Below the pieces are notes generated by a model. The model ran no database searches, was not told the origin of the DNA, and saw only the letters and a list, made by a program, of their open reading frames with translations. This document shows, in pieces, positions 35,425-48,648 of a DNA stretch of 58,640 nt (position 1 is the stretch's first letter; every line of letters begins with the position of its first letter). Location of the stretch: positions 425,046 to 483,685 of the forward strand of contig QPGO01000051.1 in NCBI GenBank assembly GCA_008632985.1, read 5' to 3'. A program made the position numbers and the translations under genes. This DNA is from Psammoneis japonica (Eukaryota).

Positions 35425-36180
35425 GCCGGTGAGTGATCCCGAGAACGACGCACGCGAACAACACGACTTTCACATTCGCTGCCATGGGGCCAACGCTGTT
35501 GCTCCAGATTGGGACATTTTGAATGAGATTCTCCACACCCAGCAAGCTTTGATGCAACTGTTGGATGCAGCCGATCTTGCTCTGCCTCCAGTGCGATGGG
35601 CAAAAGGACATCAAGACAGGCAATCTCCCGTCCACTCATTGCCGTTAAATGCCAGAGTTAACATCCCAGTGGACAAATTGGCAGGAGCTTGCCAAGGACA
35701 TTGCCTGCACAACACGAATCAGGTCAAGCACCTGCCACATTGCCACTTGCATCTGGAGATCGACGGGGGTGCAATCACGATGAATTGCAAGAAACAAATT
35801 CGGTGCGCTGCTGCTGCTCCTGAATTGATGCAACATGTTGTCGAACGGAACCAATGGGATCCTTCAGTGGCTGACCTTGTCGGCTGGAATGCTCGTGTGG
35901 TTCTGGTGAAACGTCACTCACAACAGCATGTTGACACAGTCAAACTGGCCGACTGACAAGATCGCAAATCAACACAACCCAGTTCGACCGCACCAATGCA
36001 TCACATGTGAGCATCCGATGGAAGACAGGGACCACATGCTTTTGGTGTCCAAACAACGAACAGTGGAGAAGGAAGTTCCTGCAGGGTCTTTGATGCTGCT
36101 GCGACAAGATCAATGCTGTGCCTGCTCTCCGAGACTTCCTCCTGGACATGCTTCAAGCCTGGTTTGATGACAAAATGACG
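35425..36180 (+). pseudogene. Non-LTR retrotransposon fragment: RNase H C-terminus and CCHC-like zinc finger
   Basis: DWDILNEI...VRWAKGHQD...LNARVNIPVDKLAG (RNase H WVKGH..N..D motif) followed by CITCEHPMEDRDHML. Confidence 0.75.
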
Positions 36181-36384
36181 TGCTTCGACAATGTGGACTG
36201 TCGATGCAAGGAACTTTGGTGAGCTCAATTGGGTGTTGGTTGGAGACAGGTTTTCAACGGCAGATGCTCGCACATGTGGAATCTTTTACAATCCGGACAC
36301 CTGCGCGATTCTGGCATTCTACGACAATGTCAGGAAGAAAACAAACAGCCACCAGATTGGACGGTTCAGATCGGGTCTTTCAAT

Positions 36385-36681
36385 GTGTTTGTCTTCAACA
36401 TCAAACAAACGGCCAAGTTTGTGGCACAATCATGCCTCTTGCCACTCAATGTTTTTGCAAATGCACCTGCCCTGCACGATTCTTAAGACATTGTAGAATC
36501 GCGCTGTAACAAAAAATGTCAAAAGTTGTTGGATGGATCGCTCAACAAGTGCACCGTAAAATGACACAAAATGTCAAAAAAATCACGTAGAAATCTACGT
36601 GCGCGACATGCGACGTGATTCAAAAAACTGTCGATGTCACAGTTCAGCAGTGCGAGGTCCCACCTGGACCTGGAACGCGTC
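36385..36681 (-). mobile_element. MITE family A, partial, reverse orientation
   Basis: Ends gtcccacctggacctggaacgcgtc; colinear with ~45157-45453. Confidence 0.85.
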
Positions 36682-36852
36682 AAACATGTCGTTTAAAGGA
36701 AAACAAACATGTTGTTTCAAAGAAAACAAACGTGTCTTTTCAAGGAAAACAAACATGTCTTTTCAAGGAAGGAAAACAAATGCGTTGTTTCAAGGAAAAC
36801 AAACATGTCCTTTTGACAAAAACAAACATGTCTTTTCAAGAAAAACAAACAA
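36682..36852 (+). repeat. 23-bp satellite block
   Basis: caaggaaaacaaacatgtctttt units. Confidence 0.92.
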
Positions 36853-37760
36853 CTTGGAGCACGCCAAGAAAGCCTTGATGACAGCTGGTCGTTTTGGCAT
36901 TTAACTCAGGCGAGCCATCCAGTTCAGGCCTGTTTCCCAAGCTCAAGGGCATCGACGCATTTGTCGGAAGACACCTGTCAATTTGCTTGAGCTCCAACTC
37001 AACATCAGCCAATGCCCATTTGACTCAAAGGTCAGAGGACATGGCCCAGCGTGCCTTGCTTTCCAAGTCAGACAACTGCCACTTTCTGATCTGGGTGCAC
37101 TTCTGTCCGTGAGCGTGCACCCAGTGCTCACTCAACCCATGATCTTGAAGTTGCAGACCCCTGCCTGGGCGTCACTCTGAGGGTGTTCTTGGCAGCCGTC
37201 AGACCAATGTTCCACCTCTTGGAGAGCATCTCTGGCGTGACAGTCGATGCACGACTCAAGGTCAACAGTGCATGCACCCCTTTCCACTTGGCACAATCCA
37301 GGTGGATGTCCAGATTGTTCCATTCATGTGGCCGGTCTCCCCCAGTGTCATTGTGAGATGCACTGGCCTGAGCAGCCAAGCAGCGATGCAGAGAATCATC
37401 GTCATTTGCACCCACAATGATGCTCTCATTGTGATGGGATGTCTGACACGAACAAGCCAAAGCAATGCACCTGGTTGCACTCATCATTGTCACCCTGATT
37501 TTCAAGTCAAGGAAAACAACAGAGTGTGCGCTGTTGGGATCAAACTGGCGAGGGGTGTCGTGGACAGTCAGCTCACTTGCTCACAGTTGGCTGGGGCACA
37601 GCAGGGTGTCAGTCATTCTTTCCCTGAAAAACACAGCCTCGTGGGCTGGCAGTGGGCGTGGCTGTCCATTGGCTGGATCAACCCACATGGCAGCAGCCAC
37701 GCAAATGGGGACATTCCTCATTGGCGCACACTCTTCGGAGCAAGGATGCACTGCAGCCCG
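36853..37760 (-). pseudogene. Internally deleted CoDi-like copia remnant (RT C-terminal piece joined to a copy of ~42070-42870)
   Basis: Minus translation RWAMSSDL..LADVELELKQIDRCLPTNASMPLSLGNRPELDGSPELNA; VTPEMLSKRWNIGLTAAKNTL. Confidence 0.75.
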
Positions 37761-38616
37761 AGACTTCAGGCAGTGTTGAAGAGAACGGGCACGCAGGCAG
37801 CGCATGGTGTGCTGAAACCAGAAGAGGAGAAGGTGGCTGGAAATGATCTCTTTCCACAGGTGAAGTTTCTCAGCCCGTCAGAATTGGCAAGCAATGGGAG
37901 CATCTCAATGTTTGTCAAGAAACAGATTGCTGGTGGCAACATGGACACTTCAAATTGGTCAGGAACTTGGGAGGAATGGGCAAAAAAGGTGGCAAAAAGG
38001 CAAGTTGACAATCTCAGAAACACGGTGTGTTCGGCTGTTGGGGCGGAGGCAATGGCCCGCAAGTTGGGTGACCAATGTGTGTGACTCGAGAGTTGCGCGC
38101 ATCTCACAAGAAGATGACAGTGATGCTTTGTCTGTGCAGGCGTTGTCACCAAGGAAGAGGGAAAGGAAAAAGAAAAGAAACTCAAGGCGGCAGTCAAGAG
38201 GAAAAAGCAAGGCAGGAAAAGTCAAGCCATGACAAGAATGAAAAGAAAGACATCCCGATTGTGCCGACATGGGATCCGCCCAGCCCAGACACTGTCGCCG
38301 GCAGCAAATGAAGGAACAAGAAGGCATGCAAGCGGTTCTGTGATCACACCCCTGTTTGCAAAAATTGACAAACCAAGGATTGTGCGGCAATGCAATCACA
38401 GATTGGCACATGGCAACAAGGTGGAGGCAGAAATGGCGATGTGGACACAGTGAAAAATGGCACACATGATTCTCAACAAGTTGTTGTGACATTGGCACAG
38501 CAAACTTGCAACCAGAGGTTGGCCTGTCATTGTGCGACAACAATTTTTTGCAACATTTTGACAAATTGTCATCATGCAAATCCACACATTTTTAACATTT
38601 CGTGCACTGTGATGCA

Positions 38617-39479
38617 TGTGTTGTGCACAGCATCATCACACAGCATTTGTCCAACTCTCCCTCTCATTGCAGGATGGGTTGTCGCCATGTGGCACATCTG
38701 CACAGTGGACTTGCGAATTTGACCATGCACTCCCTCTGTCAGGCAGGATGGGTTGGTGCCATGTGGCGCATCCGGCCAAGGGAGGAGTGGGTTCGAAGCC
38801 CAGCCGCCCACCCCGGATGGGGTTGGAAAGGGGCAGGCCGAGAAAGAAAAGGAGGCTTGGATTTGAGGCCAAATCGAGCCAGCGACCTCAGGAAGCGCAA
38901 AGACTCACAACCACTCAGAATGCTGCACACTGTCCTGGCGAGTGCAGGAGTTTCTCAACAACCCAAAAGGCAAAGAAGTTGCCACTCGGCTGGCTGTTGA
39001 GTCCCTTCTCCGCGCACACATTTGGGCGTGTGTTGTGCACAGCATCGTCACACAGCATTTGTCCAACTCTCTCTCTCGTTGCAGGGTGGGTTGTCACCAT
39101 GTGGCGCATCCGCATGGAGGACTCATGAATTTGACCATGCACTCCTCATGTTGGGCAGGATGGGCCAGCGCCATGTGGCGCATCCGGCCAAGGGAGGAGC
39201 GGGCTCGAAGCGCAGCCGCCCACCCCGGATGGGGTTGGAAAGGGCAGGCTGAGAAAGAAAAGGAGGCTTGGATTTGAGGCCGATTCAAGCCAGCGACCTC
39301 AGGAAGCACAAAGACTCACAACCACTCAGAACACTGCACACTGTCCTGGCGAGTGCAGGAGGTTCTCAACAACCCAAGAGGCAAAGAAGTTGCCACTCAG
39401 CAAGCTGTTGAGCCCCTTCTCCGCACACACATTCAGGCATGTGTTGTGCACAGCATCATCACACAGCATTTGTCCAACT
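38617..39479 (+). repeat. Tandem repeat, period ~412 bp, ~2.1 copies
   Basis: tgtgttgtgcacagcatc.tcacacagcatttgtccaact at 38617, 39029, 39440. Confidence 0.92.
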
Positions 39480-40585
39480 GAACATGTCCTTTCAAGGAAA
39501 ACAAGCATGTTTTCCTTGAAAAGACATGTTTGTTTTCCTTAAAAAGACATGTTTGTTTTCAGGACATGTTTGTTTTCATTGAAAAGACATGTTTGTTTTC
39601 CTTGAAACCACATGTTCGTTTTCCTTGAAACAACACGTTTGTTTTCCTTGAAAAGACACATTTTTTTTTCCTTGAAACGACACGCTCGTTTTCCTTGAAA
39701 AGACATGTTTGTTTTCCTTGAAACGACATGTTTGTTTTCCTTGAAAAGATGTGTTTGTTTTCCCTGAAAAGACACATTTGTTTTCCTTGAAAACACATGT
39801 TTGTTTTCCTTGAAATGACACGTTTGTTTTCCCTGAAACAACGTGTTTGTTTTCTTTGAAATGACATGTTTGTTTTCCTTGAAATGACATGTTTGTTTTC
39901 ATTGAAAAGACATGTTTGTTTTCCTTGAAAACACATGTTTGTTTACCTTGAAACGACATGTTTGTTTTCCTTGAAAAGACATGTTTGTTTTCCTTGAAAT
40001 GACGTGTTTGGACGTGTTCCAGCTCTAGGTGGGACCTTGCACTGCTGAACTGTGACACAATTGTTTTTTGTCATCCGTCGCATGTTTTGCACGTGCATTT
40101 CTACGTGTTCTGTTGTAAAAAATTGTTCCACACTGCCTGTTTTGCGGAGCCAAAGGCTTTCTGTTGTCTGCACTTGTGTCAATGAAAATGCGCTGGGCAT
40201 GTTCTTTAATGTCTAAAGAATGCACCCGGGCACACTGTAAAGAATGTGCTTCAAGTGTGGAGGAGGAGATGCGTTCGCAAAATTGCCTGTTTTTCTGTTG
40301 GCGATCATTCATGCATGCATTGCTTGACAATTTTGCTGCGGAGCTCGCACGTAGAATTCTGCGGGCCCAATGTCACAAAAAAGTCCCACCTGGGGCTGGA
40401 ACCTGTCTTTGTTTGTCTTGAAAAGACATGCTTGTTTTCTTTGGAACAACATGTTTGTTTTCTTTGAAACGACGTGTTTGTTTTCTTTTAAAAGACACGC
40501 TTGTTTTCCTTGAAAGAACATGTTTGTTTTCCTTGAATTGACATTTTTGTTGAAATGACACGTTTGTCTTTCTTAAAACAACATG
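39480..40585 (-). repeat. 23-bp satellite block containing a MITE
   Basis: Minus-orientation units on both sides of 40011-40407. Confidence 0.92.
40011..40407 (+). mobile_element. MITE family A, divergent interior, TSD TTTG
   Basis: gacgtgttccagctctaggtgggac ... gtcccacctggggctggaacctgtc; TTTG at 40007-40010 and 40408-40411. Confidence 0.9.
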
Positions 40586-41244
40586 AGTTTGCCTTGATTT
40601 CTGCGCAAGAATGCACTGACGGAAGCAAACCAACATGATTCCATGTGCAGGAGAACAGCATCTGCACCCCACAAGAAGCTCATGCCTGTCCCCAAGTTCA
40701 GTTGGATCCATGAGACTGCAATGTGCAGCAATTTGTGGGGTTGATCCTCTCCCAGATGAAAATGTGTGACACCTCTGGAATGCTTGAGCAGCACCCGCAA
40801 TTGAGCAACTCCTTTTTTGATGTCTGGCGGTCAAAACCTGCCACCGCCAAGAGCTTGCGGGCCACACAAGATGAGCCAATTTGTGTTTCAGCTGCGCCCA
40901 CATTTGACAATGTGACCCGCGCTGCTCTCTGTTCAGCGGCGAGCAACTGTTTGGTGAGAAAGGTCCAGCCAGGGAGAACACAGGTCATCAAGGAGAGATG
41001 ACATGCACGGCAGCATCTCCATGGTTCCACATGATCATGTCAACAAGATCAAAGGAAAAGAGCTGTTGCTCTTGTGTCAGAGTTTCTTCAACTGAGTCCT
41101 CTGGGTGCCAGTTGGAGCCAAGCATTGTCTGAGGGTTTTGTGCGGAGCACAAGCTGAGAGCTGAGTGCCAGAGCGGGACTTGAGCCTGTCTGCAAGTTTT
41201 GGCGGTGCTGCTCCATGCCTGCTTTTGCTTGGTTTGAGGTGGGG

Positions 41245-41508
41245 TGTTTGTTTTCCTTGAAAAGACACGTTTGTTTTCCTTGAAATGACACGCTTGTTTT
41301 CCCTGAAACGACGTGTTTGTTTTCTTTGAAATGACATGTTTGTTTTCCTTGAAATGACATGTTTGTTTTCATTGAAAAGACATGTTTGTTTTCATTGAAA
41401 ATGCGTGTTTGTTTTCCTTGAAACGACATGTTTGTTTTCCTTGAAAAGACATTTTTTTCCCCTTGAAACGACATGTTTGTTTTCCTTGAAAAGACATGTT
41501 TGTTTTCA
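41245..41508 (-). repeat. 23-bp satellite block
   Basis: Direct reading. Confidence 0.92.
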
Positions 41509-44500
41509 CCAATCAAAGAGAGAGAGGGAAGAGATGTCGGGTGTTGAACCTGTCACCTCCTCTTCTGGGACTCGTCCTCCCATGTCTGACACACTGGCTG
41601 CAATCATGCGTCGGATGTCACATGTCCATTTGGTGCTGTGGGACCAAAGTCGTCTGTGAGCGCCAGTCCAGCGCAGAGTCACACGGACTCTTTTCTTCAA
41701 CTCATGAATGGATGCCTCGGCCAGGTTCTGCCAGGGGCTGCATGGAGTGGACACCTCCTGGTGCATCCTGCATTCCTTGCAGATCTCCTTGGTCTGGCCT
41801 TCCGCCATTTCCGGCGCGCCATCCGACACAAGGACCTGCGGTGTGCCAACGTCATGCACAAATGACATGACGGCATCTGGGTGGTCCTGTTTCCTCTTCC
41901 AAGGATGGAACCTGTCACACCCTCTTCCGTTGGCAAGTGCGCTTCCTCCCATCTTGCCATGTGTCAATTTGACCTTTGAAAACATCTGGTCGGAGTAGAG
42001 TCATCCCTTGACAGCAGGGAACTTGAGCCAAGGGGCTTTCTTCCGGACTTTCCGTTTGGATGGTGTGCAGACATTGCGGACCCCTGCCTGGGTCATCACT
42101 CTGATGGTGTTCTCAGCAGCCGTCAGGCCAATGTTCCACCTTTTAGAGAGTGTCTCGGGCGTGACAGTTGATGCACGACTCAAGGTCGACAGTGCATGCA
42201 CCCGTTTCCGCTCGGCACAATCCAGGTGGACATCCAGGTCATGCCGGTCGTGTGGCCCGTCTCCCTCGGTGTCATTGTGGGAGACATTCGCCTGAGCAAC
42301 CATGCGGCGATGCAATGAATTGTCATCATCAGTGTCCACAATGACGCTCTCGTCATGACAGGACATTTGGTGTGAATGAATGGAAGCAACACACCTGGTC
42401 ACATTCATTGTCGTCGACCATCTGCCTGACTTTGCTGGTTCTTGGCGCACACTGGCACATGTGTGCGCTTCCTCCTTTTGCACCATGGCATCAGCAGAAG
42501 GCTCCCATCTCGGGGGTGATGTGAGTTCCAGCCGGGGGAGGTTCTCCAGATCCTCATTTGTTGGCTCGTGTGAATCAAAGACAGAAGCAACGCCTCTTGT
42601 TCGCAGCGGCACCCTGATCTTCAAGTCAGGGAAAGCAATGGAGTGCGTGCCAGTTGGATCAAACTGGCAAGGGGTGTCGTGGACAATCAGCCCATTTGCT
42701 TGCAGTTGGTTTTGGCACAGAAGGGTGTTGGTCATCTTGTCCCCAAAAAACATGGCCTCGTGGACTGGCAGCAAGCACGGTTGTCCATCAGTTGGATCAA
42801 CCCACACGGCAGCAGCCATGCAAACAGGAGTGTTTTCCATTGGCGCGTGCTCTTCGGAGTGGGGGTGCACCACGACAGTTCTGTCGATGTCAGAGCACAT
42901 CACAAAATTGGACCCAACAGCACACGTGTCAGCGTGCGAGTCTAAATCAGTGGTGGCTTGTCATCTGAATTTCCAGCAGATGACAAAGAGACACGCACAT
43001 CCTTTGAGAATCACCCAGACAAACAAACAGTGCCAGCAGGTTTAGCAACATTTGGTTCTGTGCCTTTCAGTGCTGGCGCAATTGTCCATTCCTCATTCTG
43101 AGGTTTCTCATGTGCGCTGCATCCAAACTGGGTGCCTGCATTGGCGGCAGGTTCATCAGGCTCGTCGGAGTCTTTCGGTGCATCAGCAGGTTGAGCAGCA
43201 GGCTCGGCAACAGCCGCTTTCTTTGCAGCAAGAGTTTCGGCATCGACCGACTCAGCTTCCAAGGACACAGCAGCAGCTTTGCATTTCTTTTTGGCCTTCT
43301 TGGCATCGCGGAGCTTTTGGACTTGCTCTCACTTGGGACCGTCAAGAGCACTCCGGTCGGAGATGCCCTTCAGAAAGTCAGAGACCTTCTTGGTCTCGGC
43401 CACCAGTTCATCAAGCTCAGACAAGTCGTTGTGAGCCTTTTGATGATGCTGAATGTGCTGGTCAAATGCAAATCGACCCCATCCGGTGCACTTCGCGGCA
43501 GCAATCTGTGCATGAGCACGGTTCTTTTGGGTGGTGGCGGCAGCTGATCCTTCCGCCTGCCTCTCAAGTGCAAAGAAAGCAGTGCGACCATCGCGGCTGC
43601 GATTGGAAGGTTTGACAAAAGCCCATCCGGGCCCCCCCATCACTGACTTCTTCAGGAGATCATGCAGTTGTTGCCTGTCCTGCGCATGCTGAGTGCCCGC
43701 AAGGCGGGTGGCAGCAATGAGGTCCTCGTCAATGGCAGCGCAGGTGGCAGCCAACATCTCGGCGGTGACTTCCTCATGTTCCCCAGCTGGACAGATGAGG
43801 GGAACTCCGGTGACGGTGCTGCGGTGGTGGCGCAGTTCGGTCTCCAGCAACTCTTGGAAGGTGGGCCAGTTGTGTGGGTTCTTGAGCTCCACGGCCGTTT
43901 TGGCAGCCAATTCGTTGTCCGAGTCGGCGGACTTGAATTGCTCCAGTTCCATCAGACGTGCCGCCCATGTTCCAACAACGTCGCCAGCGAAGAGAGCAGC
44001 GGTCGGCTGTTGGTTCCGGGCTCTGCGGCAGTCAATCCATGCGTGCAGTGCCTTGAGCTTTCGATTCGCCAGGTGTGGAAAGCGGACTTGAGGGCTGGCA
44101 GCGGCGCCCACGCTTTTCATGGTGCCCTTCGTCATGTCAGCAATTTCAGTCAAAGGGACCTGCTCCAGGTCCTCGACAGCAGTGAAGCCTTGATGGGCCA
44201 TGTGGGTGCGCGTCTGTGCACTGTGCCCACAACGCGCAAGACAGGCAGCAAAGGCTGCAGCAGCGGCCATGGCGCATCAGCAGTTGTTCGCGTTTCGATG
44301 CGTGAGCATCCACTTGTGTGAGTGGAGGAAAGTGAGAAAAATGCATGGCTCTCGTGCGATTTGGCGGTTTCTGCTTGGCGAACCCATGAGCAGGCGGTGT
44401 TGCCCCCAAGCGACAATGTCCAACAGACATGCATCCACATGTGCAGTGTCCAAACAATTTGATGATGCACTTTGATTGATGAGATGTGTGTGGTCAAATG

Positions 44501-44996
44501 ACAGACAGCGCACAAATCATTGTGTTGTCTTCATCACGAATGTTTGCGTGTCTCAGCCGACATGTTCCATCCACATGATCAAACATTTTGTGTGATGATG
44601 TCATGTCTGACGGATCACAGCTCTGGTCTCCAAGAGCATGTTGTTCATGTCCATGAATGTTGACACACACAAAGGACTCAGCAATTGCACGAGCAACCAT
44701 GGGACCAACATGGCACTTGCCACAAAAATCAATTGATCGCAACGATGCCGTCACACCGTTTGCAATGCCCGTTCCAGGCGATGAACATCACAGCACACTG
44801 GCTCTGACAAAGTGACCAAATGCCACCATGATGGCTGAGAATTGGGTGCAAGACAAGACAGAGTGTTGAGCAGCATCAGCAGGTTCTAGAGTTGTGAGAT
44901 GTTGCGCCATTGGGGCCACTGATCAAGCAACAGTGAGCCAATCGCCAACAGCACACAAACTGCCTGTGTTTGTGACAGCACACCAGCATTTGTTCA
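41509..44996 (-). mobile_element. 5' half of a CoDi-like Ty1/copia element: putative 5' LTR ~44477-44996, gag 43329-44270, protease region 42001-42960, integrase part 41509-41985
   Basis: DLDSHADTCAVGSN protease motif; LSKRWNIGL; VSDGAPEM, PWQNLAEASIHELKK, GRVPEEEVTGSTPDIS; LTR inferred from TG start at the satellite junction. Confidence 0.85.
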
Positions 44997-47125
44997 AAAC
45001 GACATGTTTGTTTTCCTTGAAACGACATGTTTGTTTTCCTTGAAAAGACACGTTTGTTTTCAGACGCGCTCCAGCCCTGGGTGGGACTCCGTGTGACATT
45101 GGGCCCGCAGAATTCTGCGTGCGAGCTCCGCAGCACGAGAATTTAATTGGTGGATGCATTTGTCTTCAACATCAAACAAACGGCCAAGTTTGTGGTGCAA
45201 TTGTGCCTCTTGCCACTCGACGATTTTTGCAAATGCGTCTGCCCCACGCGATTCTTGAGACATTGTAGAATCGCGCTGTGACAAAAAATGTCAAAAGTTT
45301 TTGGACAGATCGCTCAATGAGTGCACCGTAAAATGACACAAAACATCAAAAAAATGGTGCAGAAATCTACGTGCGCGACATGCGACGAGATTCAAAAAAC
45401 TGTCGATGTCACAGTTCAGCAGTGCGAGGTCCCACCTAGACCTGGAACGCGTCTTCAAGACATGTTTGGTTTCCTTGAAAAGACACGCTTGTTTTCCCTG
45501 AAACCACATGTTTGTTTTCCTTGAAAACACATGTTTGTTTTCATTGAAAAGACATGTTTGATTTCCTTGAAACGACAAGTTTGTTTTCCTTGAAAACACA
45601 TGTTTGTTTTCCTTGAAATGACACGTTTGTTTTCCTTGAAACGACATGTTTGTTTTCCTTAAAAAGACATGTTTGTTTTCCTTGAAACAACATGTTTGTT
45701 TTCACCACATGTTTGTTTTCTTTGAAAAGACATGTTTGATTTCCTTGAAACGACAAGTTTGTTTTCATTGAAAAGACATGTTTGATTTCCTTGAAACGAC
45801 ACGTTTGTTTTCCTTGAAACGACATGTTTGTTTTCCTTGAAAAGACACACTTGTTTTCCTTGAAACAACATGTTTGTTTTCCTTGAAATGACATGTTTGT
45901 TTTCCTTGAAAAGACACATTTGTTTTCCTTGAAACGACATGTTTGTTTTCCTTGAAACCACATGTTTGTTTTCCTTGAAACAACATGATTGTTTTCCTTG
46001 AAATGGCATGTTTGTTTTCTTTGAAATGACACGTTTGTTTTCTCTGAAAAGACATGTTTGTTTTCCTTGAAAAGACATGTTTTTTTTTCCTTGAAACCAC
46101 ATGTTTGTTTTCCTTAAAATGACACGTTTGTTTTCCTTGAAACGACATGTTTGTTTTCATTAAAAAGACATGTTTGTTTTCTTTGAAATGAAATGTTTGT
46201 TTTCTTGAAAAGACATGTTTGTTTTCCTTGAAAAGACATGTTTGTTTTCTTTGAAACAACATGTTTGTTTTCCTTGAAACGACATGTTTGTTTCAATTGA
46301 AAAGACATGTTTGATTTCCTTGAAACGACATGTTTGTTTTCCTTGAAACAACATGTTTGTTTTCCTTGAAAAGACACATTTGTTTTCCTTGAAACAACAT
46401 GTTTGTTTTCTGTGAAATGGCATGTTTGTTTTCCTAGAAACGACATGTTTGTTTTCCTTGAAACCACATGTTTGTTTTCCTTGAAATGACATGTTTGTTT
46501 TCCTTGAAACGACATGTTTGTTTTCATTGAAAAGACACGCTTGTTTTCTTTGAAACAAAATGTTTGTTTTCCTTGAAAAGACATGTTTGTTTTCCTTGCA
46601 AAGACATGTTTGTTTTCTTTGAAACCACATGTTTGTTTTCCTTGAAACGACATGTTTGTTTTCATTGAAAAGAAATGTTTGATTTCCTTGAAACGACATG
46701 TTTGTTTTCCTTGAAACGACATGTTTGTTTTCCTTGAAAAGACACATTTGTTTTCCTTGAAACAACATGTTTGTTTTTCTTGAAACAACATGTTTGTTTT
46801 CCTTGAAAAGACACATTTGTTTTCCTTGAAACAACATGTTTGTTTTCCTTCAAATGGCGCGTTTGTTTTCCTTGAAACGACATGTTTGTTTTCCTTGAAA
46901 ACACACAATTGTTTTCCTTGAAACAACATGATTGTTTTCCTTGAAATGGCGCGCTTGTTTTCTTTGCAACAACGTGTTCATTTTCCTTGAAACAACATGT
47001 TTGTTTTCCTTGAAAAGACATGTTTGTTTTCCTTGAAACCACATGTTTGTTTTCCTTGAAATGACATGTTTGTTTTCCTTGAAAAGACACATTTGTTTTC
47101 CTTGAAACGACATGTTTTTTTCCTT
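44997..47125 (-). repeat. Large 23-bp satellite array, minus orientation, with MITE
   Basis: Continuous units apart from 45063-45453. Confidence 0.96.
45063..45453 (-). mobile_element. MITE family A (391 bp), TSD TTCA
   Basis: gacgcgctccagccctgggtgggac ... gtcccacctagacctggaacgcgtc; TTCA on both sides. Confidence 0.93.
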
Positions 47126-48648
47126 GGAAGAGGAAACAGGACCACCCAGATGCTGTCATGTCATTTGTGCATGACGTTGGCGCACCGCAGGTCCTTGTGT
47201 CGGATGGCGCCCCGGAAATGGCGGAAGGCCAGACCAAGGAGATCTGCAGGGAATGCAGGATGCACCAGGAGGTGTCCACCCCATGCAGCCCCTGGCAGAA
47301 CCTGGCCGAGGCACCCATTTGTGAGTTGAAGAAAAGAGTCCATGTGACTCTGCGCCGGGCTGGTGCTCACAGATGACTTTGGCCCCACAGCACCAAATGG
47401 ACATGTGACATCCGACGCATGATTGCGGCCAGTGTGTCAGACGTGGGAGGACGAGTCCCAGAAGAGGAGGTGACAGGTTCAACACCCGACATCTCTTCCC
47501 TCTCTCTCTTTGATTGGTGTCAACCTGTGCATTGCTGCGTGCCTGTGGTGGAGTTCCCACACAAAAAGAAGTGCACTGGCCATTGGCTTGGCGCAGCTGA
47601 CAATCATTGTTTTGCCCGAATCAGGCAAACCCATCATTCGGAAGGATGTCTGGGCCACGCCAGAGGATGACCTTAAAACTCTGGTGATCCAGACGGATCT
47701 TGCATTGGTCGATCAAGCTTTGATCAAACGGCTCAGCATCACGGAAAAGGGCGCCAGTGCTGACTTCCCTGAACTCCCTGACGACTTCATGGACAAATGG
47801 GACGATGCCGTTAAACCTGTGGAACCCGACGCTTCCAAACCGGAAGCTGATGAGCACACCCTGGAAGGGCTGGATGAATGTCTCACAGCTCAAGTCATGT
47901 CACCACGAGGAGGCGAGCTGACTCATGATGGGGTCATTGCGCACAAGTGAGATGGTGACGGGGTTCCTGTTGGCACTGGGAACGACTTGAGGACATGCAA
48001 CATGGAATTCCCTGACGGATCCACCGACTCCCATGCTGCTGACACAGTTGCAGAGAACCCATTCACTCAGATCGACTCTGAAGGGAATGCCCGCCAGATC
48101 ATGACCTTTGTGACATTTAAATTGCAACACATCGCCGTGATGCATTGGCTCTTGTCAGCAGCTGCACACTGCACTCCTCCCCATGTGTTGCGCGTCCACG
48201 CGGCTCTTTGCTGACGTGCACTGAAACTGCGCGGTTTTGGCGGAACAGTGTGGGTGTGCGCAAAGGAACACAAAGAACTGCACAGAGTTTTGCGCACTCG
48301 ACAGTGACCAACGTTGCTGCAGACAACTCCCACTCAGGGTTTCGAACCCCTGGCCTCCTGCCCAATGGTTGCGATGAACCACTCCGCCAAAAATTCATGA
48401 TGCAGCACGCATGCAGACAAAAGGTTGTTTTTGTCACAACCTTTGTGACATTTAAATTGCAGCACGTTGCCATGATGCATCAACTCTCATTGGCAGCTGT
48501 GCATTGCAACGTGCTGCAACGGCCAATGACGGGTGCACAACGACCAAGACTGGCAGGTGTGCTCCTGGGAGGACGACTGCAGGCTGGGACCTGCAAGTCA
48601 AATGGAAGGATGGGACTGCATCCTGGGTTCTCTCAAGGATTTGAAGTC
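47120..48648 (+). pseudogene. CoDi-like copia integrase/linker fragment, inverted relative to 41509-41910 and extending it
   Basis: 47120-47515 is the reverse complement of ~41510-41910; continues GHWLG, EFPDGSTDSHAADTVAEN, GWDLQVKWKDGTASW; interrupted by ~48104-48510. Confidence 0.85.

Noticed and set aside
37760..38600. Possible gene fragment (ORF 37272-38084 tail)
   Set aside because: Short, chimeric with a copia remnant, no recognisable motif.
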